Shown: one piece after another, positions 52,187 through 60,257 of the stretch | How the letters are laid out: every line of letters starts with the position of its first letter | Position numbering within the stretch: the stretch's first letter is position 1 | Assembly (NCBI RefSeq): GCF_035325765.1 | Contig: NZ_DAOKZG010000003.1 | Coordinates: 69,998 to 133,997, forward strand | Source of the DNA: Ottowia sp. | GTDB taxonomy: Bacteria; Pseudomonadota; Gammaproteobacteria; Burkholderiales; Burkholderiaceae_C | DNA length: 64,000 nt | Reading direction: 5' to 3' | The notes under the pieces: generated by a model | What the model was told of the DNA's origin: nothing | The model's database searches: none | Seen by the model: only the letters and a program-made list of their open reading frames with translations | Translations under genes and position numbers: made by a program

Positions 52187-52199
52187 AATCAATGTCTTA
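52187..52199 (+). promoter_or_regulatory. IHF-binding consensus in att arm
   Basis: AATCAATGTCTTA matches WATCAANNNNTTR, between att core and arm repeats. Confidence 0.55.
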
Positions 52200-52254
52200 T
52201 CTGGTTTGTAGCCCGGACATGCGTTGATTGAAATACCGCAATATGGCGTCAAAA

Positions 52255-52287
52255 TGCCTACAGATTGCCTACAGATTGCCTACAGAT
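52255..52287 (+). repeat. Three tandem 11-bp repeats TGCCTACAGAT (putative integrase arm sites)
   Basis: Exact triplication ending at the integrase ATG; related pair at 61219-61240. Confidence 0.75.
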
Positions 52288-53643
52288 ATGAAAACGCCAC
52301 CGAGCAAAACCCGCCTGACAGTCCCCAAAATTGCCGCGTTCTCGTGTCCCGCAGGACGGGGACAAGCCTTCCTTTGGGACACACAAACGCCCGGCCTGGC
52401 GCTGCGCGTCAGTGCTCAAGGTCGGAAATCCTTTGTCCTGGAGGCACGCCTACGCGGCAAAACGATGCGCCTGACGATTGGCGACCCTGCGGCCTGGCCG
52501 CTGGGCGCCGCCCGCATCGAGGCCATGCGCCTAAAAATGCTGATCGACGCAGGCCACGACCCGCGCGAACTGGCCCGCCAGCAGGACGCCGAGCGCGAAG
52601 CCACCGAAGCTCAGGCCGAAGCCGAGCGCAAGGCTGCCGAAGCGCAGGCCGTAACCGTGGGCGAAATCTGGGGCCGCTACTTGACCGAGCGCCGCCCGCA
52701 CTGGGGCGAGCGTCACTATCAGGACCACCTAGACATGATGCGCGCCGGTGGCGAACCCAAGAAGCGCGGCAAGGGCGTCACGACGCCCGGCCCGTTGCAT
52801 CAGTTCGCCGCCGTGCGTCTGGTTGATATGGAGCCTGAGGCTGTGCAGGCATGGGCTGCCGAGGAAGCGCAGAGCCGCCCGACCCGCGCGCGCCTGGCGC
52901 TGCACCTGCTGCACGCCTTCCTGGCCTGGTGCACCGAGCAGCGCGACCTTGCCGACCTGGTGCCAGACAAGAACCCGGCCCGCAACCGCCGCGCGCGCGA
53001 AGTGCTGGGCAAGCCCCAGGCCAAGCGCGATGCGCTGCTGAAGGAGCAACTGCCGGCCTGGTTCGCCGCTGTGCGCGACATGAACAACCCGGCGCACGCG
53101 GCCTACCTGCAGGCGCTGCTGCTGACTGGCGCCCGGCCCGGCGAGCTGCAAGCCCTGTGCTGGGAGGATGTGGATAGCCGCTGGCGCAGCGTGGCCCTGC
53201 GCGACAAGGACGAATCCAAAGGCGGGCGCGATGGCTTCCGCCTGGTGCCCCTGACGCCCTACGTGCACTACCTGCTGGCGGGCCTGCCGCGCCGCAGCCT
53301 GTTCGTGTTCGCTGGTGCGACTGGTGCGCCGCTGCACCGGCCCAACGTGCAGCACACGAAGGCCTGCCGCATCGCTGGAATCGAGGGTCTGACACTGCAC
53401 GGCCTGCGCCGCAGCTTCGGCACGCTGGCCGAGTGGCAAGAAGTACCCGCGGGCGTGGTGGCGCAAATCATGGGCCACAAGCCCAGCGCCACCGCCGAAA
53501 AACACTACCGCGTGCGGCCGCTGGACCTGCTGCGCGTGCACCATGAGAAGCTGGAGCGCTGGATTCTGGAGCAGGCTGGCGTGCAGTTCGACGCCAGCAA
53601 GGAGCCCGGCAAGCTGCGCGCCGTTATTGCGTCAATATCTTAA
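52288..53643 (+). CDS. Tyrosine integrase with N-terminal arm-DNA-binding domain
   Basis: FLWDTQTPGLALRV...GRKSF arm domain; catalytic TGARPGE, HGLRR, MGH, HY; start ATG 52288. Confidence 0.95.
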   Translation: MKTPPSKTRLTVPKIAAFSCPAGRGQAFLWDTQTPGLALRVSAQGRKSFVLEARLRGKTMRLTIGDPAAWPLGAARIEAMRLKMLIDAGHDPRELARQQDAEREATEAQAEAERKAAEAQAVTVGEIWGRYLTERRPHWGERHYQDHLDMMRAGGEPKKRGKGVTTPGPLHQFAAVRLVDMEPEAVQAWAAEEAQSRPTRARLALHLLHAFLAWCTEQRDLADLVPDKNPARNRRAREVLGKPQAKRDALLKEQLPAWFAAVRDMNNPAHAAYLQALLLTGARPGELQALCWEDVDSRWRSVALRDKDESKGGRDGFRLVPLTPYVHYLLAGLPRRSLFVFAGATGAPLHRPNVQHTKACRIAGIEGLTLHGLRRSFGTLAEWQEVPAGVVAQIMGHKPSATAEKHYRVRPLDLLRVHHEKLERWILEQAGVQFDASKEPGKLRAVIASIS

Positions 53644-53655
53644 AAAAGGCATAAT

Positions 53656-53979
53656 ATGGATGCTTGGACGGTAGCACTGCACCCGCTGGCCGAATCCGAA
53701 TTGCTGGCCCTGCCTGCCGACATGCAAGCGCGATTCCTGCGCATTGCGGAGCTGCTGGAGGAATTCGGGCCGCAGCGTGTGGGCCTGCCCCATGTGCGCC
53801 CGCTGGAAAGCAAGCTGTGGGAGATGCGCATGAAAGGCAGGGACGGCATCGCCCGCGCCGTGTACGCCGCCGTCCAGGGCCGCTGCCTGCTGGTGCTGCA
53901 TGTGTTCGTCAAGAAGACCCAGGCGACACCACGCAAGGCGATAGACACCGCCCTGCAACGCTTGAAGGACGCCGCATGA
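53656..53979 (+). CDS. RelE/HigB-like toxin (Gp49/DUF891 type)
   Basis: LPHVRPL..KLWEMR...IARAVY...LHVFVKKTQATP. Confidence 0.88.
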   Translation: MDAWTVALHPLAESELLALPADMQARFLRIAELLEEFGPQRVGLPHVRPLESKLWEMRMKGRDGIARAVYAAVQGRCLLVLHVFVKKTQATPRKAIDTALQRLKDAA

Positions 53980-54254
53980 AGACGCTGAAAGACCTGAAGA
54001 CCGAACTGCTGGAGCACCCCGACACCCGCGCCGAATACGACGCCCTGGCCGATGAATCCGCCATGGCACGCGAGCTGATTGCTGCCCGCACCAGAGCCGG
54101 CCTGACGCAAGCCGAGGTGGCCGCGCGCATGGGCACCGGACAGAGCACGGTGGCCCGGCTGGAAAGCGGCAGGGGCACGCCATCGCTGCGCAGCGTGCAA
54201 CGCTACGCCCAGGCCGTGGGCTATCGCGCCGTGGTGCGCCTGGTGCACGGCTGA
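53976..54254 (+). CDS. XRE-family HTH antitoxin (HigA-like)
   Basis: ATGA overlap with toxin; RAEYDAL, ARTRAGLTQAEVAARMGTGQSTVARLESG. Confidence 0.9.
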   Translation: MKTLKDLKTELLEHPDTRAEYDALADESAMARELIAARTRAGLTQAEVAARMGTGQSTVARLESGRGTPSLRSVQRYAQAVGYRAVVRLVHG

Positions 54255-54360
54255 CCGAATCGCCCCAGCTAGGCAGGGCCGCAATCCTGCCGAAAAGCCA
54301 GTTCTCCCGCTGGCCTGCTGGGGCACTACAGACGGGAGCGCACCGGGGAGGGTGCAAGCC

Positions 54361-55128
54361 ATGAGCACAGAAAAGACATTCACGCGCCGAGAGCTGCTGG
54401 ATGCATTGTTGTCAGTGGGTGACGACGGTGACCCCTACAAATTCGAGCCAGACGGCATTTGGCTGGATAGCCCCCGTTCTGATTGGCACTCGCTCACACC
54501 GCAAGAGCAAGAAGACATCGCCGGATTTGACAGTGCAACAGCCAAGGATCACCCGCGCGACCCCGACCGCCTGCTTGTAGGGAGACCGCCGGCACCAGGC
54601 GACATGCTCCCTCTTCCGCTGCTGCCGTTCCCATTCACTTGCGTCGAGCTGCTGGAGTTTGAAGACGCCACAGGCAACGAGCTACGCAGCCGCTTACCGG
54701 CAGACGACGGCGAAGCACTGAAGCGGGCCGGCCATCTGAGGCAGCCGCAAGACCCAAGGCGCGAAGTCAAGCCCAACGCCGCCGACATTGTTCGCCTGCT
54801 CATCGGCGACCTGCGGCCCGAGGACATGGAGCCAGATGGGGACGAGGACGCCCAGGCGGCGCAAGCCGAGGCGAGCGCAGGCACTGCCAAGCGCGCTGCA
54901 CTGGTGGCGCGCCTGGAACACGAATGGCCCACGATTGAAGCCGACTTGAACGAGGCCAGCCGCAACGGGCTGGGCAAGGCTGCCCGTGCTGGAACGCGCG
55001 GATTCTGGCGCGTGGAAAAGGCGCGCGAGTGGGCGCAGCAGCGCGGCAAGCTGCGACAGCAAGCATCCGTGCGCCCACTGAACAGCCCCTGGCCCGGGGC
55101 CGTGCGCAAGCACCGGATGGAGGTCTGA
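54361..55128 (+). CDS. Hypothetical protein (acidic N-region, basic helical C-region)
   Basis: 255-aa open frame; C-terminal EWPTIEADLNEASRNGL...WRVEKAREWAQQRGKL looks folded; no family recognised. Confidence 0.7.
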   Translation: MSTEKTFTRRELLDALLSVGDDGDPYKFEPDGIWLDSPRSDWHSLTPQEQEDIAGFDSATAKDHPRDPDRLLVGRPPAPGDMLPLPLLPFPFTCVELLEFEDATGNELRSRLPADDGEALKRAGHLRQPQDPRREVKPNAADIVRLLIGDLRPEDMEPDGDEDAQAAQAEASAGTAKRAALVARLEHEWPTIEADLNEASRNGLGKAARAGTRGFWRVEKAREWAQQRGKLRQQASVRPLNSPWPGAVRKHRMEV

Positions 55129-55139
55129 ACTGGCGCCCC

Positions 55140-55204
55140 GAATCCGGGGCGAGTCTGGGCTTTTCATGGGCTTTTCATGGGCTTTTGCCGGATGAATCCG
55201 GGGC
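55140..55204. promoter_or_regulatory. Repeat cluster upstream of the replication operon
   Basis: TGGGCTTTTCA x2 plus partial third copy (55156-55186), bracketed by GAATCCGGGGC at 55140 and 55194. Confidence 0.55.
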
Positions 55205-55221
55205 CGGAATAGTCCGCTGCC

Positions 55222-55482
55222 ATGTCCTTCACCAATCGACATGGCACTATGGAAATCGCAGCATCCGAATCCCGCGCCGCTGGCGTGCAGCAGCCGCCGC
55301 TGGCGAGCATCACTCGCCCGACCGTTGACACGAATGCGGCAGCCTACTACCTGAATCGACGCCCCCAGACCCTGCGCGGCTGGGCATCTGCGGAGACATA
55401 CCCGGAGGGCTTGGCCCCTATCCGCATCAATGGCCGCCTGGCCTGGCCGGTGGCAGGCATCCGCGCGGCGCTCGGGGTGTGA
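55222..55482 (+). CDS. Excisionase/AlpA-like wHTH protein
   Basis: VDTNAAAYYLNRRPQTLRGWAS...PIRINGRLAWPV MerR-like pattern; start 55222 or 55249. Confidence 0.75.
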   Translation: MSFTNRHGTMEIAASESRAAGVQQPPLASITRPTVDTNAAAYYLNRRPQTLRGWASAETYPEGLAPIRINGRLAWPVAGIRAALGV

Positions 55483-55483
55483 C

Positions 55484-55849
55484 ATGGCCCCGGCAAACAA
55501 AAACGCCCCGGAGCTGCAACCCCGAGGCGTCAAACAAACAACCACCAAGCGCCATCATTTTAATAGCACGGGCGACCGGTTTCAAGGCACCGACAACCCG
55601 CGCCACCTGCGCGCCATCGCCGCCCTCCTGCGGCGCCCCATCAGCCGGCAGGAACTCGATAGCCGCTCGGGTGCTGCCAATGGCCCCGACCTGGTGGCCG
55701 AGCTGCGCGCCCGCGGCCTGGAGGTGCCTTGCCAGCGGATCAGGTTCATCGACCGTGACGGCCGCGTGTGCCGCCCAGGCGTCTACTCGTTCACTGCCGT
55801 CGACCGGCGCAAGGTGTATCAGTGGCAGGCCCGTAAGGGTGCCGCATGA
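55484..55849 (+). CDS. Small putative HTH protein
   Basis: In operon between excisionase-like gene and primase (ATGA overlap at 55846); PISRQELD...GPDLVAELRARGL. Confidence 0.65.
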   Translation: MAPANKNAPELQPRGVKQTTTKRHHFNSTGDRFQGTDNPRHLRAIAALLRRPISRQELDSRSGAANGPDLVAELRARGLEVPCQRIRFIDRDGRVCRPGVYSFTAVDRRKVYQWQARKGAA

Positions 55850-58038
55850 TGACCCCGGACATCGAGCGCGCCCGCGCCGCGCTGGCTGCAATTCCTGCCG
55901 ACCTGCCGCGCGATGAATGGGTGCAGGCTGGCATGGCTGCACAAGCCGCCGGCCTTGACTTCGACGCCTTCAACGACTGGAGCGCCCAGGCTGGCAACTA
56001 CAACGCCCGGGACGCACGCGACACCTGGCGCAGTTTCAAACCCGGCAAGGGCATCGGCGCTGGCACCTTGTTTCGCATGGCTGCCGAACACGGACACCAC
56101 GCCGCCGACAAGCCCCAGCAGAAAAGCCCCAGCAAGGCCCCTTCCCGGCCCGTGGCGGCGATTCGCCGGTCGGCCGCTGGGCAAGGCGCTGCTGAAGTTT
56201 GGGCGCGCTGTGAACCCGTTTCCGACCAGCACCCCTACGCCCATGCAAAGCGCCTGTCTGGTGAACCACTGGCCGGGCTGAGGCAAACGCCCCATGGCGA
56301 CAGCCTGCGCATTGCCGGGCAGTCTGTGGCGGGTTGGTTGGTGGTGCCAGCGCATGGCGCCGATGGTGAGCTGCAGAGCTTGCAGTTCATTCCGCCACCC
56401 GGGGTTGGCAAGAAGCTGAACCTGCCCGGCGCCAGTATGGCCGGCGCCCGGTTCACCGTGGGCACGCCCGAACTGGGACAGCCAGTCTACTTGGCCGAGG
56501 GCATCGGGGCCGCATGGGCCTGCTGGCAAGCGACTGGCTGCGCTGCAGTGTGCTGCTTCGGCTGGGGCAACGTCGCCCGTGTGGCCGCTGACCTGCGCCA
56601 GCGTGACGCATCGGCCAGCCTTGTGCTGATACCCGACACCGGCAAGGAGGCCGACGCCGACGAAATCGCACGCGAGCATGATTGCCTTGTCGCCAAGCTG
56701 CCCGATGGCCGGCCGGACAACTTCGACGCGAACGACTACGCCCAGACCGAAGATGGCGACGCGCTGGCCCAGTTGCTGGAACAAGCCAGCGAACCGCCAA
56801 GCCCGCTGGAATCGCACCCGCTGGCGCAATTCGTGGAGCCGACCGCCGAGCCTGTCCCACCGCGCTGGCTGCTGCCGGGCTTCATTGCCGAAGGCCTGGC
56901 CGTGGTTGCTGGTGGGCATGGATTCGGCAAGACAACTGCCCTGCTGCCGCTGGCCCTGGCCGCCGCAGGCATCCATGAGCCGGGCTATCCGCTGGCTCCG
57001 AAGCACTGGCGCCATGTGGTCTACGTGACCGAGGATGTGCCCCAGGCGCAGCGCATCATTGCTGGCCTGACGAGCTGGCTGGGCGTGGCGCGCGAGCTGG
57101 TGGCCGAGCGCCTGCACCTGGTGGAGGCGCGCCGCCTGCCGCCCCAGGAAGTGGCCCAGGTGGGCGCGCTGTATCGTCGGCGCTTCACGCGCACCGCGCA
57201 AGGTGTGGAGCTGCCGCCGCTGGTGGTCCTGGACACTCAGGCTGCCGTGCTGGCCGTCGAGTCCGAAAACGACAACGCCGAGCTGTCCGCCGCCATTGCG
57301 GCATTGAAGCAGCAATTTGCCGGCCTGCCTGTGTGGTTGGTGGCGCACGTGGCCAAGGCAGCCATGAACCGCAGCGATGCCTTGAGCGCGAGGGGCGCGA
57401 GCGCAATCGAGGGCGACGCCCATCAGGTCCTGTTCCTGGTCAAGGAAGGCACCGACCACGACGCCACCCGCTGGCTGGTGCGCGGCAAAACACGCTTTGA
57501 AGCCCGCTGGCCCGAGCTGCAGGTGCACAGCTACATCGAGACTGTGCAGGCCCTGGACGCCTGGGGCGAGCCGGAGGAACTGGCGCTGCGCTGGGCGATT
57601 GCACGGCCGCCGGAAGGCACACGCCGGGAACTGGCCGACAAGGCGCGGCAGGAGGCCCGCCAGCGCGAGGAATCGGAGCTGCGGATGGCTGTTCGTGACG
57701 CCGTCCAGATGGCCTGGCAGGAGGGACACCCGCTAAGCCGCCGCGGCCTGCGTGGCAAGGTGCGCGGCAAGACCGCCGAAGTGGCGGGCTGCATCGAGGC
57801 TCTGCTGTCAGAGTCGTGGCTGGTGGAAATCCACGTTCCCGCGAAGGAGCGCGCCAATCCAGCCCGCTCGAATTTCCTGGTGAACCTGACCACCGATGAG
57901 CGCGACGCATTGCGCCGTGGTGAGCCCCTGCCAACGGAAAAAACCGCCGTTCCCGAGAGCTGGAAAAAGCCAATTCCGCTGGTTCCCGAGCCGGAGGCCG
58001 AAAACGAACCAGAAAGCGAGAAAGAGGCCACTGAATGA
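55846..58038 (+). CDS. Primase-helicase: PriCT-2 + TOPRIM-like + AAA_25/RepA-like helicase + possible C-terminal wHTH
   Basis: DEWVQAGMA...FNDWS (PriCT-2); YLAEG, LIPDT, DAND (TOPRIM); GGHGFGKT Walker A, VVLDT Walker B, ARGASA motif. Confidence 0.88.
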   Translation: MMTPDIERARAALAAIPADLPRDEWVQAGMAAQAAGLDFDAFNDWSAQAGNYNARDARDTWRSFKPGKGIGAGTLFRMAAEHGHHAADKPQQKSPSKAPSRPVAAIRRSAAGQGAAEVWARCEPVSDQHPYAHAKRLSGEPLAGLRQTPHGDSLRIAGQSVAGWLVVPAHGADGELQSLQFIPPPGVGKKLNLPGASMAGARFTVGTPELGQPVYLAEGIGAAWACWQATGCAAVCCFGWGNVARVAADLRQRDASASLVLIPDTGKEADADEIAREHDCLVAKLPDGRPDNFDANDYAQTEDGDALAQLLEQASEPPSPLESHPLAQFVEPTAEPVPPRWLLPGFIAEGLAVVAGGHGFGKTTALLPLALAAAGIHEPGYPLAPKHWRHVVYVTEDVPQAQRIIAGLTSWLGVARELVAERLHLVEARRLPPQEVAQVGALYRRRFTRTAQGVELPPLVVLDTQAAVLAVESENDNAELSAAIAALKQQFAGLPVWLVAHVAKAAMNRSDALSARGASAIEGDAHQVLFLVKEGTDHDATRWLVRGKTRFEARWPELQVHSYIETVQALDAWGEPEELALRWAIARPPEGTRRELADKARQEARQREESELRMAVRDAVQMAWQEGHPLSRRGLRGKVRGKTAEVAGCIEALLSESWLVEIHVPAKERANPARSNFLVNLTTDERDALRRGEPLPTEKTAVPESWKKPIPLVPEPEAENEPESEKEATE

Positions 58039-58192
58039 CACCCCGCGCCGCTGGTTCCCGTTCCGCTGGTTCCCCTAAGGAAAAACCAGCGGGAACCAGC
58101 GGGAATGGGCTTGGTTGCCCCATTCCCCGCTGTGGTGGTTCCCATGACTTCTGGAACCACCGGGAACCACCGGGAACCACCGGGAACCACCG
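57976..58192. repeat. Iteron-like array, putative replication origin
   Basis: About 10 copies of GGAACCA(C/G)CG in both orientations, including exact GGAACCACCG x4 at 58153-58192. Confidence 0.8.
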
Positions 58193-58254
58193 GGCCAATT
58201 CTGACGGGTATTTGCTGGCGGCCCACGACAGCCAGCACGACGAGGACAGCAAGC

Positions 58255-58647
58255 ATGATTGACGCATTGATCCAAGGTCGCCTGCACGGCGCACCCCAGC
58301 AGCGCACGGGTTCATCCGGCAAACCTTTCACCACCGCCAAGGTCCGGGCACCGGCCGGCAACGGTGACAGCTTCTTTGTCAACGTCATCGTTTTCAGCAC
58401 GACAGCGCAGACGGCATTGCTGGCACTGGGCGACGGCGACAGCGTGGCGTTGTCCGGCGAGATGACGCCAAAGGTCTGGCAGCCCAAGGACGGTGGCGAG
58501 CCACGCCCAGCCCTGGACCTGCTGGCGCACGCCGTGCTGACCCCCTATCACGTCAAGCGCCGGCGCGACGCCGTGGCGCCAGCGAAAGCCGAGCGCGCCA
58601 CGGATGAAAGCTGGCACGCAGGCGCGCCGGAGTCGCTGGATTTCTGA
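58255..58647 (+). CDS. Single-stranded DNA-binding protein (SSB-like)
   Basis: GRL..APQQRTGSSGKPF, GDSVALSG OB-fold pattern, acidic tail ending ESLDF; start ATG 58255. Confidence 0.8.
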   Translation: MIDALIQGRLHGAPQQRTGSSGKPFTTAKVRAPAGNGDSFFVNVIVFSTTAQTALLALGDGDSVALSGEMTPKVWQPKDGGEPRPALDLLAHAVLTPYHVKRRRDAVAPAKAERATDESWHAGAPESLDF

Positions 58648-58678
58648 GGCCCGCCTCTATTCTTGAAGGAGAAAACCC

Positions 58679-59206
58679 ATGACCACTGCCCTGAAGTACG
58701 TCCATCAGCAACTGGCATCCACCGGCTTCGTCATCATCGACATCGAGGCCGCCATCACCCTGCGCCCTGACCTGTTCAACACCGGCATGGAAGCAGGTTT
58801 TCTGCTGGGAGAAGCCAAAGCGCGCAACCAATTCGCAGACGGGAACCTCAAGGTCAGCACGTACTGCGCTGAGTTGGAGGAACTCGGCCGCACCGTCACC
58901 GTGTTGGCGCGCTCCCGGCAGCGGCTGGAAGAACGCATCACCGAGCTGACGGGCTACACCGTGCTGGGGCTGCAGGCCGAGCGCCCGGATGACACTCGAC
59001 CGAGCCAGGCCGAAGTCGCTGCGCAAGCACAACTCGAACGCGAACGGCACCGACAGGCGAAAGAGGCCGGGGAATTGGCCAAGCTGCGCGCCACGGCAGC
59101 GAAGGAACCGCCGGCACACGACTGTCCGCTGCGAAGGGAAATCCTGCGAGCACGTCAGGAAGTCAGCCGACGTGAGGAATCTGAACTGCGCCGGCCATCG
59201 CCATGA
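58679..59206 (+). CDS. Hypothetical protein with coiled-coil C-terminus
   Basis: Strong RBS GAAGGAG; GC3-rich codons; E/R/Q-rich C-terminal half. Confidence 0.75.
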   Translation: MTTALKYVHQQLASTGFVIIDIEAAITLRPDLFNTGMEAGFLLGEAKARNQFADGNLKVSTYCAELEELGRTVTVLARSRQRLEERITELTGYTVLGLQAERPDDTRPSQAEVAAQAQLERERHRQAKEAGELAKLRATAAKEPPAHDCPLRREILRARQEVSRREESELRRPSP

Positions 59207-59263
59207 TTGCCGTCAGCGTGCAGGCATTGGAGAATGTGTTTCCTTCTTCGAGGCTGATTGAAT

Positions 59264-59530
59264 ATGACCCCGACAGACGATTCTTCCGACGCGCCGATAC
59301 CGGGCAGCAACTATCGCGAGAGCAATTGGCTCGCATGGTTGGACAATCCATCCGAACGCGACGTGGCTTGGCTGGCAGCCCGCCAGGAAAAGGTGAGGCA
59401 GGCTGGCGAACGGTTGCGCGCGCGGCTGTCTTCCGTGCCCTTCTACGCGAAGCGGGCAGCGGAGTGCAAGGAGACCGAGGGCTCGGAAGCTCCGTATTGG
59501 GAGGGCCTGGTGACGGGAACCTACAACTAG
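59264..59530 (+). CDS. Hypothetical small protein
   Basis: GC3-rich codons in this frame versus the overlapping 59203 frame; Trp-rich NWLAWLD. Confidence 0.6.
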   Translation: MTPTDDSSDAPIPGSNYRESNWLAWLDNPSERDVAWLAARQEKVRQAGERLRARLSSVPFYAKRAAECKETEGSEAPYWEGLVTGTYN

Positions 59531-59603
59531 GCGTCCCGCTGATCCGGGCCATCATCCCGGCGAACTTGCCAAGTGATTTGGGGAAGCCCCTCCCGGCAGG
59601 GGG

Positions 59604-60185
59604 ATGATGATGGGCAGCGGACGCAAGTACGGGAAGCGCTGCACCGACAACATGCGCAGCGTGGACGTGCGGAACCTGCGACGTGATGGGCTGCTCAAGC
59701 CGGGCTCGGTTTTCGAGCTGAGTTGGACGTGGCGCGGCAAGGCGGAGGCAGCCATCGCCGTGGCTGTGACTGCGGACCGAGTGCGGTTCGTCTATTGCAA
59801 CAGTGAGCGTGGCGGCCCCTGGGAGGATGTGGATTGCACCGCCATGCTGGACCACACACCCATGCACTTCGGTGGCGTCCAGACTTGGTGGCGCTGCCCC
59901 TGCTGTCATCGGCGCGCGGCGCTGCTCTACGTGGGCCGCACGATGGCCTGCCGCCACTGCTGGAATTTGGCCTATCGGAGCGAGCGTGAGACGGAGGAAG
60001 ACCGCGCATTGCGCCGAGCAGGTCGGATCCGCCGTCGCCTGGGCTGGGAGCCTGGCATTGCCAACGGGCGGGGTACCAAGCCCAAGGGGATGCATTGGCG
60101 AACGTTCTGGAAGCTGTGCGCCGAACACGACGCCTACGCGAATCAGGCGCTGGGGATGTTGCAGGCGTGGCTGCGGCGCAGGTAG
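59604..60185 (+). CDS. Hypothetical basic protein with Zn-ribbon-like Cys motifs
   Basis: WRCPCC...ACRHC..LAY.SE; KPKGMHWRTF; Arg/Trp rich. Confidence 0.8.
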   Translation: MMMGSGRKYGKRCTDNMRSVDVRNLRRDGLLKPGSVFELSWTWRGKAEAAIAVAVTADRVRFVYCNSERGGPWEDVDCTAMLDHTPMHFGGVQTWWRCPCCHRRAALLYVGRTMACRHCWNLAYRSERETEEDRALRRAGRIRRRLGWEPGIANGRGTKPKGMHWRTFWKLCAEHDAYANQALGMLQAWLRRR

Positions 60186-60257
60186 ACCCTGGACCTGATG
60201 CCCGCCCCGGTGCCGGCAGACAGGCCAAAGGTCAGGCCTGAACCCTGGCGTCATCAG

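Noticed and set aside
58153-58192. CRISPR array
   Set aside because: 10-bp units are contiguous with no unique spacers and no cas genes; better explained as iterons.
59203-59607. 134-aa ORF linked by ATGA overlaps on both sides
   Set aside because: Rich in rare codons (CGA, CTA, GGA) and low GC3; the nested 59264-59530 frame fits better. Kept only as a caveat.
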